This document shows positions 1 through 8,616 of a stretch of DNA of 64,000 nucleotides, piece by piece. The notes beneath the pieces are model-generated. The model was not told the origin of the DNA. It saw only the letters and a program-made list of their open reading frames with translations, and did no database searches. The stretch is taken from NCBI GenBank assembly GCA_964543385.1, contig CAZIYE010000001.1:279868-343867 (forward strand), in the 5' to 3' direction. This DNA is from an uncultured Candidatus Saccharibacteria bacterium. Its GTDB lineage: Bacteria; Patescibacteriota; UBA1384; XYA2-FULL-43-10; 1-14-0-10-43-13. A program made the position numbers and the translations under genes. Position 1 is the first letter of the stretch; the number at the start of each line of letters is the position of its first letter.

Positions 1-101
1 AGGATATAATGAAGAATAATTCCGGAAGCAAATGCTAGATAGGGATCACCTATGCTTTCGCCGATCAGGCCACCAGATATTATATGAGCAGTAGTAATCA
101 T
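1..101 (-). CDS. Partial CDS (runs off window start); hydrophobic N-terminus MITTAHIISGGLIGESIGDPY; 6 nt downstream of uppS in the same operon
   Basis: ATG at 101..99 on the minus strand, open to position 1; operonic with uppS. Confidence 0.4.
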   Translation of the reverse strand, partial: MITTAHIISGGLIGESIGDPYLAFASGIILHYI

Positions 102-106
102 ATAGT

Positions 107-790
107 TTAATTTCCGCCAAAGCGCCTTTGCCGCTTACCAAATTCCTCGACCGCCTTATCAAACTCTTTGGGAGAGAAGTCAGGCCAATGTACCTCTGGA
201 AAATAGAATTCCGAATAAGCTGATTGCCAAAGTAGAAAACCAGAGAGGCGTTGCTCCCCAGAAGTACGAACAATCAAGTCCGGATCAGAAATGCCAGAAC
301 TATCTAGATTATCAGATATATTCTCTATTGTTATCGGCATTTTATTTTCGACTATTTTCTCAACTGCCCTTTTAATCTCGTCTTTTCCCGTATAGTTAAG
401 AGCAAGTTGAACCACCATACCAGTATTGTTTTTGGTCTTTTCTACTGCCCTGACTATTGTCTCGGCCAACTTCTTTGGCAAACCAGTAATATCTCCAAGA
501 TGACTCAATTTCATATTTTTGCCGTGCAGATCGTCGAGATATTCTTTTACAAAGTTTGTAAATATATCCATCAAATAATCGACTTCTTCCTTTGCTCTAT
601 TCCAATTCTCCTTAGAAAAACAATACATAGTCACCGCCTCTAGTCCTTGGCTAGCAGCATAGTCTATGATCTCTTTGGCTCTTTTGAAACCAGCATTGTG
701 ACCCTGAAGAGTAGTGACTCCATTCACTTTAGCCCAACGTCTATTACCATCCAATATAAAACCAATATGTTTTGGAACTAAATTGCTCAT
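107..790 (-). CDS. uppS: Undecaprenyl (isoprenyl) diphosphate synthase
   Basis: DGNRRWA and RTSGEQRLSGFLLWQSAYSE motifs typical of cis-prenyltransferases. Confidence 0.9.
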   Translation of the reverse strand: MSNLVPKHIGFILDGNRRWAKVNGVTTLQGHNAGFKRAKEIIDYAASQGLEAVTMYCFSKENWNRAKEEVDYLMDIFTNFVKEYLDDLHGKNMKLSHLGDITGLPKKLAETIVRAVEKTKNNTGMVVQLALNYTGKDEIKRAVEKIVENKMPITIENISDNLDSSGISDPDLIVRTSGEQRLSGFLLWQSAYSEFYFPEVHWPDFSPKEFDKAVEEFGKRQRRFGGN

Positions 791-1085
791 AATTCTAATT
801 TATTTATTTTCATTAAACGGTAGTTATAATACGTCATTTATAATAAATATTCAACCAATGACGAATTCTTGAATATATTATTAGAGAACAATGTGACCTG
901 ATTATTTTGTCGAAGCGTATGTTGAAAGAGTCAGAAATATTATTTTGAAGAACAATAAGTTTATTTATATACCAACTTTATTCAATGAACTCAAATCAGA
1001 CAATTCAAAATATTGATTACTGAAGCAACCGGACAAAACCCTAGTCCCAAGTGATTTTTTAATTGAGAGTATTTTTTCTATAATC

Positions 1086-2585
1086 TCAATTTTTACTCTT
1101 TAAAATAAATTCAACATTTGGCACGACAGTACCTTGATAATTAATAGTAACCACTTTTTGTGTGCTATCTGCTGGCATGTAAACCGGGTTCTGTGGCTCG
1201 ACAGCTGATGATGTCCATGTGTATCCATTTCTTTGCCAATTAACTAAATTCATTGTAAGAAATTTAGGTAATACTGATAATAATTCCTGTGCAACTTGAT
1301 TTTTGATCGTCTTGGCATATTCCTGGGCAAAAAATTTCGAAGCACTATTTATTTGATCCTGAATCGCAACTAACTCGCTCTGTCCAAGAAGAAGTTGCTG
1401 CTTAGCATCAACAATCGCTTGATTGACAGAAGTTAAATTTAGATCACTTAAGCTTACAGCTCTCCTTGTCCCGGTGATATTTGTCGGGAGTTTATTTGTA
1501 ATCTCGTCGATGGAGCTCCCGCTTGCATTGATCGCCTTGATCAAATCATTTTTACTTGTTGCAACAGCTGATGCTGATCTCGAAACAGGTTGACTGGCTA
1601 AAATCTTCGATAGCAAAGTTTCCTTAAACAATCCCAGTTTAATATCATCAGAGCCGATACTATTGGCATTTGTATTATCATTAATTAACTTGGACAAATA
1701 GATATTCGTGTTATCGTTTTGAACAATATTACCAAAGACTTGAGTATTCGCTAAAATTGTTGATGCATAATCATTTATAAGGGAGTTTTTGACCTCATCA
1801 ATCGTTGTGTTATTTTTACTAAGCAATGTAGAGAAATTAACAATATCGGCCTTTGTTAACTTTATAGGAATCTGATTTGCGCTATTTAAAGTCGCTAAAG
1901 TATAGTTAGCAAACCCATCAGCCATCGACGTTCCGCCTAATTCACTAACTAAATCGATCAAATGTTTTTTCTTATCTGGATCAATTTCACAATTATGAAG
2001 AGTATTTGTTGTTACAGAACCAACCGTAAAATCATCTTTGATCTTGGATTGACAATTTTTAAACCTAGTAATTTCTTCTCGAATAGGGCTATCACTCACA
2101 CCACCTAGTGCGCTAACACTGTAATAATCCGACGCAAACTTCAACAATTTAGTAGTCAGATTATTGAACTTAACTTCTCTTGGAGACATCAAAAATATCG
2201 CGTTTTTGTCTGTACTGTCATAATATGAATACGTCTGGTCTTTATTTTGGCATTTTGAAACTTTAAATATAAGCTTTACAGTCCAACAATCTCTAGAATA
2301 ACCGTAGTTGGTCACTTTTACTGGGATGTAACCGCTAATAGCTGTCCCCCTAAGCGTATTAGTGGCGCCACGATTATCCGATGCCGTTCTTCTATTAGCG
2401 GCTGGTAACTTATTAGGCAAACCCGTAATCGGTTTTTGTAATGTAAATTGGATTTTGGTTGAATTTTGAGAACCATTTGTATCTGCCGAAACACCTCTTT
2501 TCAACATTGATCTCATCGCTAAAGTACCAACAGTACCAGAAAACAATAGCCAAGCTACTGCTATAATAACCATTCTTTTCGGCAT
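1086..2585 (-). CDS. Hypothetical secreted/surface protein (N-terminal signal/TM, Asn/Ser/Thr-rich)
   Basis: 499-aa ORF with N-terminal hydrophobic segment; no recognisable catalytic motif. Confidence 0.6.
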   Translation of the reverse strand: MPKRMVIIAVAWLLFSGTVGTLAMRSMLKRGVSADTNGSQNSTKIQFTLQKPITGLPNKLPAANRRTASDNRGATNTLRGTAISGYIPVKVTNYGYSRDCWTVKLIFKVSKCQNKDQTYSYYDSTDKNAIFLMSPREVKFNNLTTKLLKFASDYYSVSALGGVSDSPIREEITRFKNCQSKIKDDFTVGSVTTNTLHNCEIDPDKKKHLIDLVSELGGTSMADGFANYTLATLNSANQIPIKLTKADIVNFSTLLSKNNTTIDEVKNSLINDYASTILANTQVFGNIVQNDNTNIYLSKLINDNTNANSIGSDDIKLGLFKETLLSKILASQPVSRSASAVATSKNDLIKAINASGSSIDEITNKLPTNITGTRRAVSLSDLNLTSVNQAIVDAKQQLLLGQSELVAIQDQINSASKFFAQEYAKTIKNQVAQELLSVLPKFLTMNLVNWQRNGYTWTSSAVEPQNPVYMPADSTQKVVTINYQGTVVPNVEFILKSKN

Positions 2586-2754
2586 CTCAACCTCATTTAT
2601 AATTAATTAGTTTTATCATATTATAAACCAATACACAAAACATGAAAATACTTAGGGGGCGTGTGCGTTTCGGATATTAGAGGAACTCAAAAAACCACGA
2701 TCACTCCCCTTTTCCCAACCACTTCCCTGTTCAAATACCCTCTGAAATTCCCCA

Positions 2755-2786
2755 AGAAAAAAGCACCACTTTCGTGATGCTTTTTT
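2755..2786 (-). terminator. Bidirectional rho-independent terminator hairpin (GCACCAC-TTTC-GTGATGC flanked by A- and T-runs)
   Basis: 7-bp stem with A8/T6 flanks, 3' of the small membrane-protein gene 2910..3167. Confidence 0.55.
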
Positions 2787-2789
2787 CTT

Positions 2790-2880
2790 GGTGGAACACG
2801 CTCCAACAAGTCGGTAATATAATACTAAATGACAAAGCAATGATCTATATTCCGAAGATGAGAATAAGAGAGTTCTTGTA
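2790..2880 (-). repeat. Copy A of a ~90-nt imperfect direct repeat (paralogous 3'-UTR/sRNA-like element)
   Basis: ~70% identity to 3276..3365; shared blocks ATTCTCAT, TTTAGTATTATATT, GTTCCACCAA (minus-strand sense). Confidence 0.5.
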
Positions 2881-2909
2881 AAGAACATACTACTTATTGA
2901 AGTATACGG

Positions 2910-3167
2910 TTAAAGCTTTAAGTTGCCAACAATCAGAGCAAGGATAAATAGAATCTCGGCTATGAACCCTATCACTGAAAAAACAATACCAAATATCGCC
3001 ATTGTCTTCTTTGCGGTCTTCATTCCGCGAATAGAATAAACCAACCCTGTAACAGATAACAGGATACCAACCGGGCCCAACAAAAAAGAGACTAACCCCA
3101 TCAGACCAAAGAGTAATCCCCACTCAGAATCGTATTGACCACCCTTATTTTTTGTTTTGTTTACCAT
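2910..3167 (-). CDS. Small membrane protein (2 TM)
   Basis: 85-aa ORF, two hydrophobic helices, ATG start. Confidence 0.55.
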   Translation of the reverse strand: MVNKTKNKGGQYDSEWGLLFGLMGLVSFLLGPVGILLSVTGLVYSIRGMKTAKKTMAIFGIVFSVIGFIAEILFILALIVGNLKL

Positions 3168-3275
3168 AACTACTCTTTTTTACTTATATTTTAATAGTAT
3201 CAAACCAAACAATTTTATTAAAGTCCTAACACTATCTTCGGGTATAATAAAAAAACTAGTCTGGGACTAATCTTC

Positions 3276-3365
3276 TTATTGGTGGAACGCACTATTGCGA
3301 GTCAGAAATATAATACTAAACAGTGAAGAACAGATTTATACTCCAAAAATGAGAATTAAATTATT
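3276..3365 (-). repeat. Copy B of the ~90-nt imperfect direct repeat; followed by CTAGTC-CCA-GACTAG hairpin + T7
   Basis: Alignment with 2790..2880; terminator-like hairpin at ~3250..3275. Confidence 0.5.
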
Positions 3366-3636
3366 TAGTTGATCTTCTCTTTTCGAATAGTAGGCTAACC
3401 AGAACTACGATTCCAACACCGATCACCCACCAGATTAGAATATCGGTCATCAAGTATAAATAATTTACTGATATTTGCCTTCCATCCATCGGAGTGTCCG
3501 GGATGAATTTTATTGGATAACCGCTACCGTTACCTCTTCCAATAACGATCCCTTCTTTATTCGATGCAGAGCCAGACGTTACAATAAAAATAATTAGTCC
3601 AACAAAAAAGCCATAAATTATCTTGTTCAGCTTTAT
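3361..3636 (-). CDS. Putative small membrane protein with no canonical start codon (possible ATA start 5 nt after AAGGAGGT)
   Basis: Open frame from stop 3655..3657 to stop 3361..3363; perfect SD AAGGAGGT at 3648..3641; only in-frame ATG is 42 codons from the end; hydrophobic C-terminal helix. Confidence 0.3.
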   Translation of the reverse strand: MKLNKIIYGFFVGLIIFIVTSGSASNKEGIVIGRGNGSGYPIKFIPDTPMDGRQISVNYLYLMTDILIWWVIGVGIVVLVSLLFEKRRSTK

Positions 3637-3755
3637 AATGACCTCCTTTTTTAACTATTATACTATTCATAGTCCAAGCCAACAATAGCACCACATAAAG
3701 GCGATTTAGTTGAGTAAATTAAAAATTATCTAGTATTAAACTAGATAATTTTTAT

Positions 3756-3831
3756 TGGTGGACCCTAGGGGATTCGAACTCCTGACCTCCTCAGTGCAAA
3801 TGAGGCGCTCTACCAACTAAGCTAAGGGCCC
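3756..3831 (-). tRNA. tRNA-Ala (anticodon UGC)
   Basis: Cloverleaf readable by eye; anticodon loop TTTGCAC; G3:U70 Ala identity pair; encoded CCA. Confidence 0.9.
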
Positions 3832-3892
3832 ATAAACTGTAAAATGGACTATAAGTATAGTACTACAAATCACAGTTTTTTTCAAGATATGT

Positions 3893-4333
3893 TTAATTCG
3901 GACTATAAAGACTTGGTTCTCTCGGTTCTGTCTCTTCGCCCCCTTTGTTTGTTTTTGCGATCAGTTCGTCAGAGATAGCCCGCTCCTCCGGTGTCATGTT
4001 TTTTGCCCTCTCTCTTAACTCGCCGACATCAACTGGCGGAAATTGAGGTGTATTCTCTCTATATTCTTTCAGCGCTTCTTCCATGCCATCCATAGCCAAA
4101 AAATCCACTTCCGATAAGCCGTCTTCTCCGTCGCTGCCCCGTTTTAAACCACGACCAGCGATCTCTTTCATCACCGAATCTGTGAAGTCTGAGGGTAGTG
4201 GCGGGACTAGCAAGTCTGGTATCATTGCTTTTGCTACTTCAACGACTCGATCATCCTCATCAACCTCTGGAAGAGATTTTAATCCGTGAAAATCCCCATT
4301 ATCGTCAGATATTTGTTCTTCGTCCTGATCCAT
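3893..4333 (-). CDS. Hypothetical acidic protein (Asp/Glu-rich)
   Basis: 146-aa ORF, ATG start, operonic with 4342..4536. Confidence 0.5.
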   Translation of the reverse strand: MDQDEEQISDDNGDFHGLKSLPEVDEDDRVVEVAKAMIPDLLVPPLPSDFTDSVMKEIAGRGLKRGSDGEDGLSEVDFLAMDGMEEALKEYRENTPQFPPVDVGELRERAKNMTPEERAISDELIAKTNKGGEETEPREPSLYSPN

Positions 4334-4341
4334 AATTCTCC

Positions 4342-4536
4342 CTAGAAATTAAATAATGCGTAGAAACCAAAAATAATAAAGCCGACACCAGCGATCTTCC
4401 AAAATATATATGTACCTGTCGGTCCCCATAGCTTATCAGCAAAATCAATACGGGTAACGTTGTCCGCCAACCACTTACTATAACGAATACTAACAAATCC
4501 CCCTATTATTCCTCCGACAAACCATAACCAATTCAT
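4342..4536 (-). CDS. Small membrane protein (2 TM)
   Basis: 64-aa ORF with two hydrophobic helices. Confidence 0.45.
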   Translation of the reverse strand: MNWLWFVGGIIGGFVSIRYSKWLADNVTRIDFADKLWGPTGTYIFWKIAGVGFIIFGFYALFNF

Positions 4537-4567
4537 AAAAATCCATTCATTTAATTAATTACTTATT

Positions 4568-5911
4568 TTATTCTTGTCGCCAATTTAAAACAGTATAATT
4601 TCCAGTAGTAGGAAACTGAGGTGGCGGTGAAAGTGTCAGATAGGGATCATAGGTCTGATTTGTTGACCTATATCCGCTAGTCACCGTCGTTCCACTTACC
4701 CAGCTCCAAGTCCACGTCAAATTTGATGCGATAGAGCCATAAACCGAGATACTGTCTTTAACATAACCATTCGCCTGCGGAAACCACACGTGACCTTTTT
4801 GTGCAAGCAATGCAGCATTTATTTCAAGATCATTAGCAGCATAAGATGGAACGACAATATCTCCTTGAGATATAAGTCCGATACTGGCAGTACCGTCTTT
4901 AGCAGAATAAAGCAGATTATCTTTTATGGCAATTTTAGCCGTCTGATTACCATGAGAAGACTCTGCTGCAATTGTTATTTTCCCATTATAAGTTCCATCT
5001 ACCCATACATTATCGCTAACATATACGATACCATTTTCTGGCAGATCATGAGTCGAGAGAAGACTCGTTGTTATACCTGTGTTTCTCTCTCTGGTTACCT
5101 TGTGGACCTCAATATTTGAATTATTCAATTTCAGATAATACCCCAGACTATTAGAAGGATCTAAATAAATACCATCCTGCTGAGCTTCAATCTTAATATT
5201 ATTCAGATCAACAGAGACTCGGTTAAAATCTACTGGCGGTACAGGAAAAACCCAAAACCCTATTGGTCCCCCATTACCCCAAACTCCATCATGATATTGC
5301 CCGTCTCCGCCAAAGTTATTTGACGGCTTATAAGTTTTCGAAGAGGAAGAGATAATTCCGTTACCCACACCATCAAAATGAACTCCGATATTAGAATGAA
5401 CAGGACCGTTCGTCGCTTCGTCTGACCCAAACCAACATTCAGTATTTGTGACAAAAGAATATCGAGCAAATGATGGCATTCCGATATCTGCAACTACCAC
5501 ACTTTCTGATTTGGCATTTTGAAGCTTACCAATTGATTTTACTTTTACAACCGCTTCCCCTTGGAGCGGTGGCGTAATATAAAGACTGTAAGTGCCGATA
5601 ACCTCACCCTTGAAATTCTTATATTCATGAGTAAAAGGGCCAAATGATGGGCCGCTACCGCATGAACCACCATCACAGTAATCAGTATTGTCATGAGAAA
5701 GATGCCACATATAATAATTCACACCAGCCTCGGCAACTTCAAGCGATGAAATCACTTTTTCATGATATGCTGCCCTCTTTACATTGGCCATTGCTATTCC
5801 CACCAAAGCAGATGCGAATGCAATAAACAAAACAGACGCAAGAAGTATCCCAGGCAGATAGGAACCTTTTCTATATTTACAAAATCTAATTTTTTTAAAG
5901 ATAGTCATCAT
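4568..5911 (-). CDS. Pilus-associated protein with a PilX-like N-terminal pilin-type helix (minor pilin/tip-adhesin candidate)
   Basis: N-terminal KGSYLPGILLASVLFIAFASALVGIAMANVKR...AEAG resembles the PilX N-terminal domain; start overlaps the upstream pilin stop (ATGA). Confidence 0.5.
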   Translation of the reverse strand: MMTIFKKIRFCKYRKGSYLPGILLASVLFIAFASALVGIAMANVKRAAYHEKVISSLEVAEAGVNYYMWHLSHDNTDYCDGGSCGSGPSFGPFTHEYKNFKGEVIGTYSLYITPPLQGEAVVKVKSIGKLQNAKSESVVVADIGMPSFARYSFVTNTECWFGSDEATNGPVHSNIGVHFDGVGNGIISSSSKTYKPSNNFGGDGQYHDGVWGNGGPIGFWVFPVPPVDFNRVSVDLNNIKIEAQQDGIYLDPSNSLGYYLKLNNSNIEVHKVTRERNTGITTSLLSTHDLPENGIVYVSDNVWVDGTYNGKITIAAESSHGNQTAKIAIKDNLLYSAKDGTASIGLISQGDIVVPSYAANDLEINAALLAQKGHVWFPQANGYVKDSISVYGSIASNLTWTWSWVSGTTVTSGYRSTNQTYDPYLTLSPPPQFPTTGNYTVLNWRQE

Positions 5912-6492
5912 AAATTATTTTTTAGGTTTCTCAATTGTACAGCTGTCGATTGCTCTGCAGACTCAGGGGATGCATTAATATCATTATCAATTTCTATCGA
6001 CATCTTTATTAATCTTACAACATCATTTTGAATTGGAAACTCTAGTTCGCTATTAGCATCATTATAATACTTGAACAAATTTACAGAAATCACATTTTCG
6101 GCAATCTTTTTGATTTCTTTTTGAGAATCCGGATAAATAAAAGTATTTTCTGCAATTATAGGAGAAATGCTATAACGATATAGACTGTTGCCATCTAAAT
6201 AATAGCTAATTTTACTCGGCGCGGGATTAGTATCCCCTTTCAAATACGAATAAAAAGTTAAATTATTGGAATTAGCCGATATAATTGCTGTTGTGCCCCT
6301 AGACATCTTTTCAAAATCCCTAGCAGCTATCGCCGCTTGTTCATTTAAAGCAATGCGCTTTGTTCCGAGACGATATTGCTTGTTTCCACTGGTATAAAGG
6401 GATGCTATTATTAAGCCCAAGATACCGACTAACACTACAGTTACTATCATCTCCATAAGAGAAAAACCATTTTTTTTATCTGTCATTGTCAT
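5908..6492 (-). CDS. Type IV pilin / pseudopilin (prepilin with class III signal)
   Basis: Leader MTMTDKKNG followed by FSLMEM (Phe+1, Glu+5) and a hydrophobic helix. Confidence 0.8.
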   Translation of the reverse strand: MTMTDKKNGFSLMEMIVTVVLVGILGLIIASLYTSGNKQYRLGTKRIALNEQAAIAARDFEKMSRGTTAIISANSNNLTFYSYLKGDTNPAPSKISYYLDGNSLYRYSISPIIAENTFIYPDSQKEIKKIAENVISVNLFKYYNDANSELEFPIQNDVVRLIKMSIEIDNDINASPESAEQSTAVQLRNLKNNL

Positions 6493-6494
6493 AT

Positions 6495-7871
6495 TTAAGG
6501 ATTTATTATATTGAAACCGTTTGCTTGGGATACAAATTCGCCATTAATATTAGTAACAACGATGTGATAAAGTCCAGCTTCTGTACCAACAAGATTGAAA
6601 TCTGCCACTATCTGATTATGTTGAGAAACCTCAATATTTGTACCGATTATTTCAGCGCCCGTACTACTGTTCACAATCTTTATGTTTGCGCCATTATCAA
6701 AATTATTTCCATCAACCGTTATTGAAATATTATCGCCAACTGTTCCATTAGAAGGTAATGAATTATAAATAACAGGATTAGAACCAGAAGAAGAAAGCGT
6801 AGCCAAGACAACTAAATTTACCTCCGGAGTCAGTCTTATTGGTTGAGCAGGTGAGGTAGATATTAGATTCATTTCTGAAACATTCTTTATTTTATAGTCA
6901 TCAAACTCAAGATTTGGAATTCTAATATATCCCTGAGCGTCAGTTGTGAATATTTGTGAATATTTGAAAGTGTCTGGATTATTGTAAATCATCTTACTGC
7001 CCTCTAACGTAAAGCCAATGTTTGGGACGGGACTTCCAGATTGATCCCTAAATGTTATTTCCATAACTGAAAGTTTATCTATTACTAAAGTAACGCCAGT
7101 AACCTGTTGTACGATAATATCCACATCCGGCTCTAGAGCATTAGGATTTTGTGATGTCCTAGGATAAGTCTGCGAAGTTGAATACCCATTCTTAGTAACA
7201 ACAATATGATAATTATTATGTTGATCTGGCGGTAACTTTGGAATTAAAAGACAGCCATCATCTCCCGTAGTCATTGAAATATCAATCTGCGGAACCAAAA
7301 CAAGGTTTTCTACACGCACATCAGCACCAGATACAGGATTACCCAAATTATCAATTACACAAAAGTTTAATATTCCCGTATCGCTTGGGGTTTCAGCAGC
7401 CTTTGCAGAAACGTTTGTCACAAGTTTTGCAAGCTGACTATTCCTGCCTTTCTTGCCGACCGTTATCTCTACTTTTTTATAATCATATGGATAAAGGTCT
7501 TGTGGTTTCCCGGCAATATTGCCAGCTGCGTTACCATCAAAAGGATCATCAACATAGCTAATTACTGTATGCACGTTAAAAGCAGTGCCGTTTCTATTTA
7601 CGGACTCGTCATCAAGAATGTTACCCTGTGGGTATATCGATCCATGTTGTGTTGATAGATCATCATAGGGCATATTGCGAATCATTTCCATTCGCTCATT
7701 TGACAAGGTCACCGCCACCATCTTTGCTTTTGCCAAGTTTATCGATTTAAAGGCAGCTGCATATCCAGAGACTATAGCGACTGCCACCATCGAAACAATC
7801 ATAAAATCGATCAACACTTCGATGAGCGTAAATCCCTGTTTCGTTTTTAGATCTTTACTGGAAAATATTAT
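6495..7871 (-). CDS. Type IV pilin with C-terminal Ig/adhesin-like extension; true N-terminus lies upstream of the first canonical start
   Basis: Track ORF begins at GTG 7817, but the prepilin motif KQG-FTLIEV is encoded in-frame at 7836..7815, upstream of it; SD AGGAGGGG at 7882..7875; in-frame stop at 7911..7913. Confidence 0.6.
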   Translation of the reverse strand: MIFSSKDLKTKQGFTLIEVLIDFMIVSMVAVAIVSGYAAAFKSINLAKAKMVAVTLSNERMEMIRNMPYDDLSTQHGSIYPQGNILDDESVNRNGTAFNVHTVISYVDDPFDGNAAGNIAGKPQDLYPYDYKKVEITVGKKGRNSQLAKLVTNVSAKAAETPSDTGILNFCVIDNLGNPVSGADVRVENLVLVPQIDISMTTGDDGCLLIPKLPPDQHNNYHIVVTKNGYSTSQTYPRTSQNPNALEPDVDIIVQQVTGVTLVIDKLSVMEITFRDQSGSPVPNIGFTLEGSKMIYNNPDTFKYSQIFTTDAQGYIRIPNLEFDDYKIKNVSEMNLISTSPAQPIRLTPEVNLVVLATLSSSGSNPVIYNSLPSNGTVGDNISITVDGNNFDNGANIKIVNSSTGAEIIGTNIEVSQHNQIVADFNLVGTEAGLYHIVVTNINGEFVSQANGFNIINP

Positions 7872-8018
7872 TAGCCCCTCCTGACTAATATTAAAGTATT
7901 CAAGGTTATTTTATCACGAATGAATAGCACATAGAAGCACTAATATATAGAAAATAATTTTGGTCCGGCCGCTACTAGTAAGCAGAGGCCGGGATATGAC
8001 GCGAGAAAGCTCAAATAT

Positions 8019-8534
8019 CTATGGGGTCTGTTCCCCCATGAAATATTGGAGTCCACTCTCGTCGAGGGGAACGGCCACCTCCATCTTGCACAGTACCGTT
8101 GTGTTGCCAGAGTCAGACCGGCTGGTAAAGGCCGGCATCAGGTCAATGACATGGTAGGCTGCTCGTGATACCGGAATGGCTTTCGCCATCTCGATAGCAC
8201 GATCGAGGTTGGCATGGGCCTGCGGACAACGCAGACACAAGGATTCGAGGTACCCCTCAGGAAATGGCTCATCACGTCGAGCGTGATAGAGAATCACCTC
8301 CAGAAAGGGTGTCCACGGGCCGCTGGACGGCTCATGTTTTGTTGTGCGCTGAACCGTACGAAGGGCAATACCACCGTCATCTCGGTCACGGTCATTGTCG
8401 GAAACAACAATGAAGGTTTCAGCCTTCTTTGTTTTTCGCAATACCGGACAATTGATGCAGTTAATGTTTCCTTCATCACGGCGAGTCAGACATATGGATT
8501 CTACCCCAGGTAGATCCAACGCCGATGTAGACAT
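8019..8534 (-). CDS. Hypothetical Cys-rich protein in a GC-rich (~55%) island; possible degenerate HNH-like zinc-finger nuclease
   Basis: CINC...YHARRDEPFPEGYLESLCLRCPQAH layout resembles CxxC...H...LCxxCH of HNH folds; GC far above flanking DNA. Confidence 0.45.
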   Translation of the reverse strand: MSTSALDLPGVESICLTRRDEGNINCINCPVLRKTKKAETFIVVSDNDRDRDDGGIALRTVQRTTKHEPSSGPWTPFLEVILYHARRDEPFPEGYLESLCLRCPQAHANLDRAIEMAKAIPVSRAAYHVIDLMPAFTSRSDSGNTTVLCKMEVAVPLDESGLQYFMGEQTP

Positions 8535-8616
8535 AACTACCCCCTTAGCACATAGTTCTGCGGCAATACTACCAAATTAATATTGATAAGAAAAGCTTTG
8601 GAGATAGCTGCTGTTT

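Noticed and set aside
46-273. 75-aa ORF overlapping uppS on the same strand in another frame
   Set aside because: Entirely inside or overlapping a confidently identified gene. No SD and no motif. Typical spurious ORF in AT-rich DNA. The same applies to the many short plus-strand ORFs antisense to the minus-strand housekeeping genes listed in the track.
2652-2888. 78-aa ORF spanning repeat copy A and the terminator hairpin
   Set aside because: Overlaps a terminator and a repeat. No SD. Low-complexity translation.
8019-8534. Confident assignment of the 171-aa protein as an HNH endonuclease
   Set aside because: Cys/His spacing is suggestive only. The catalytic Asn/His pattern is incomplete, so it is reported as a possibility, not a call.
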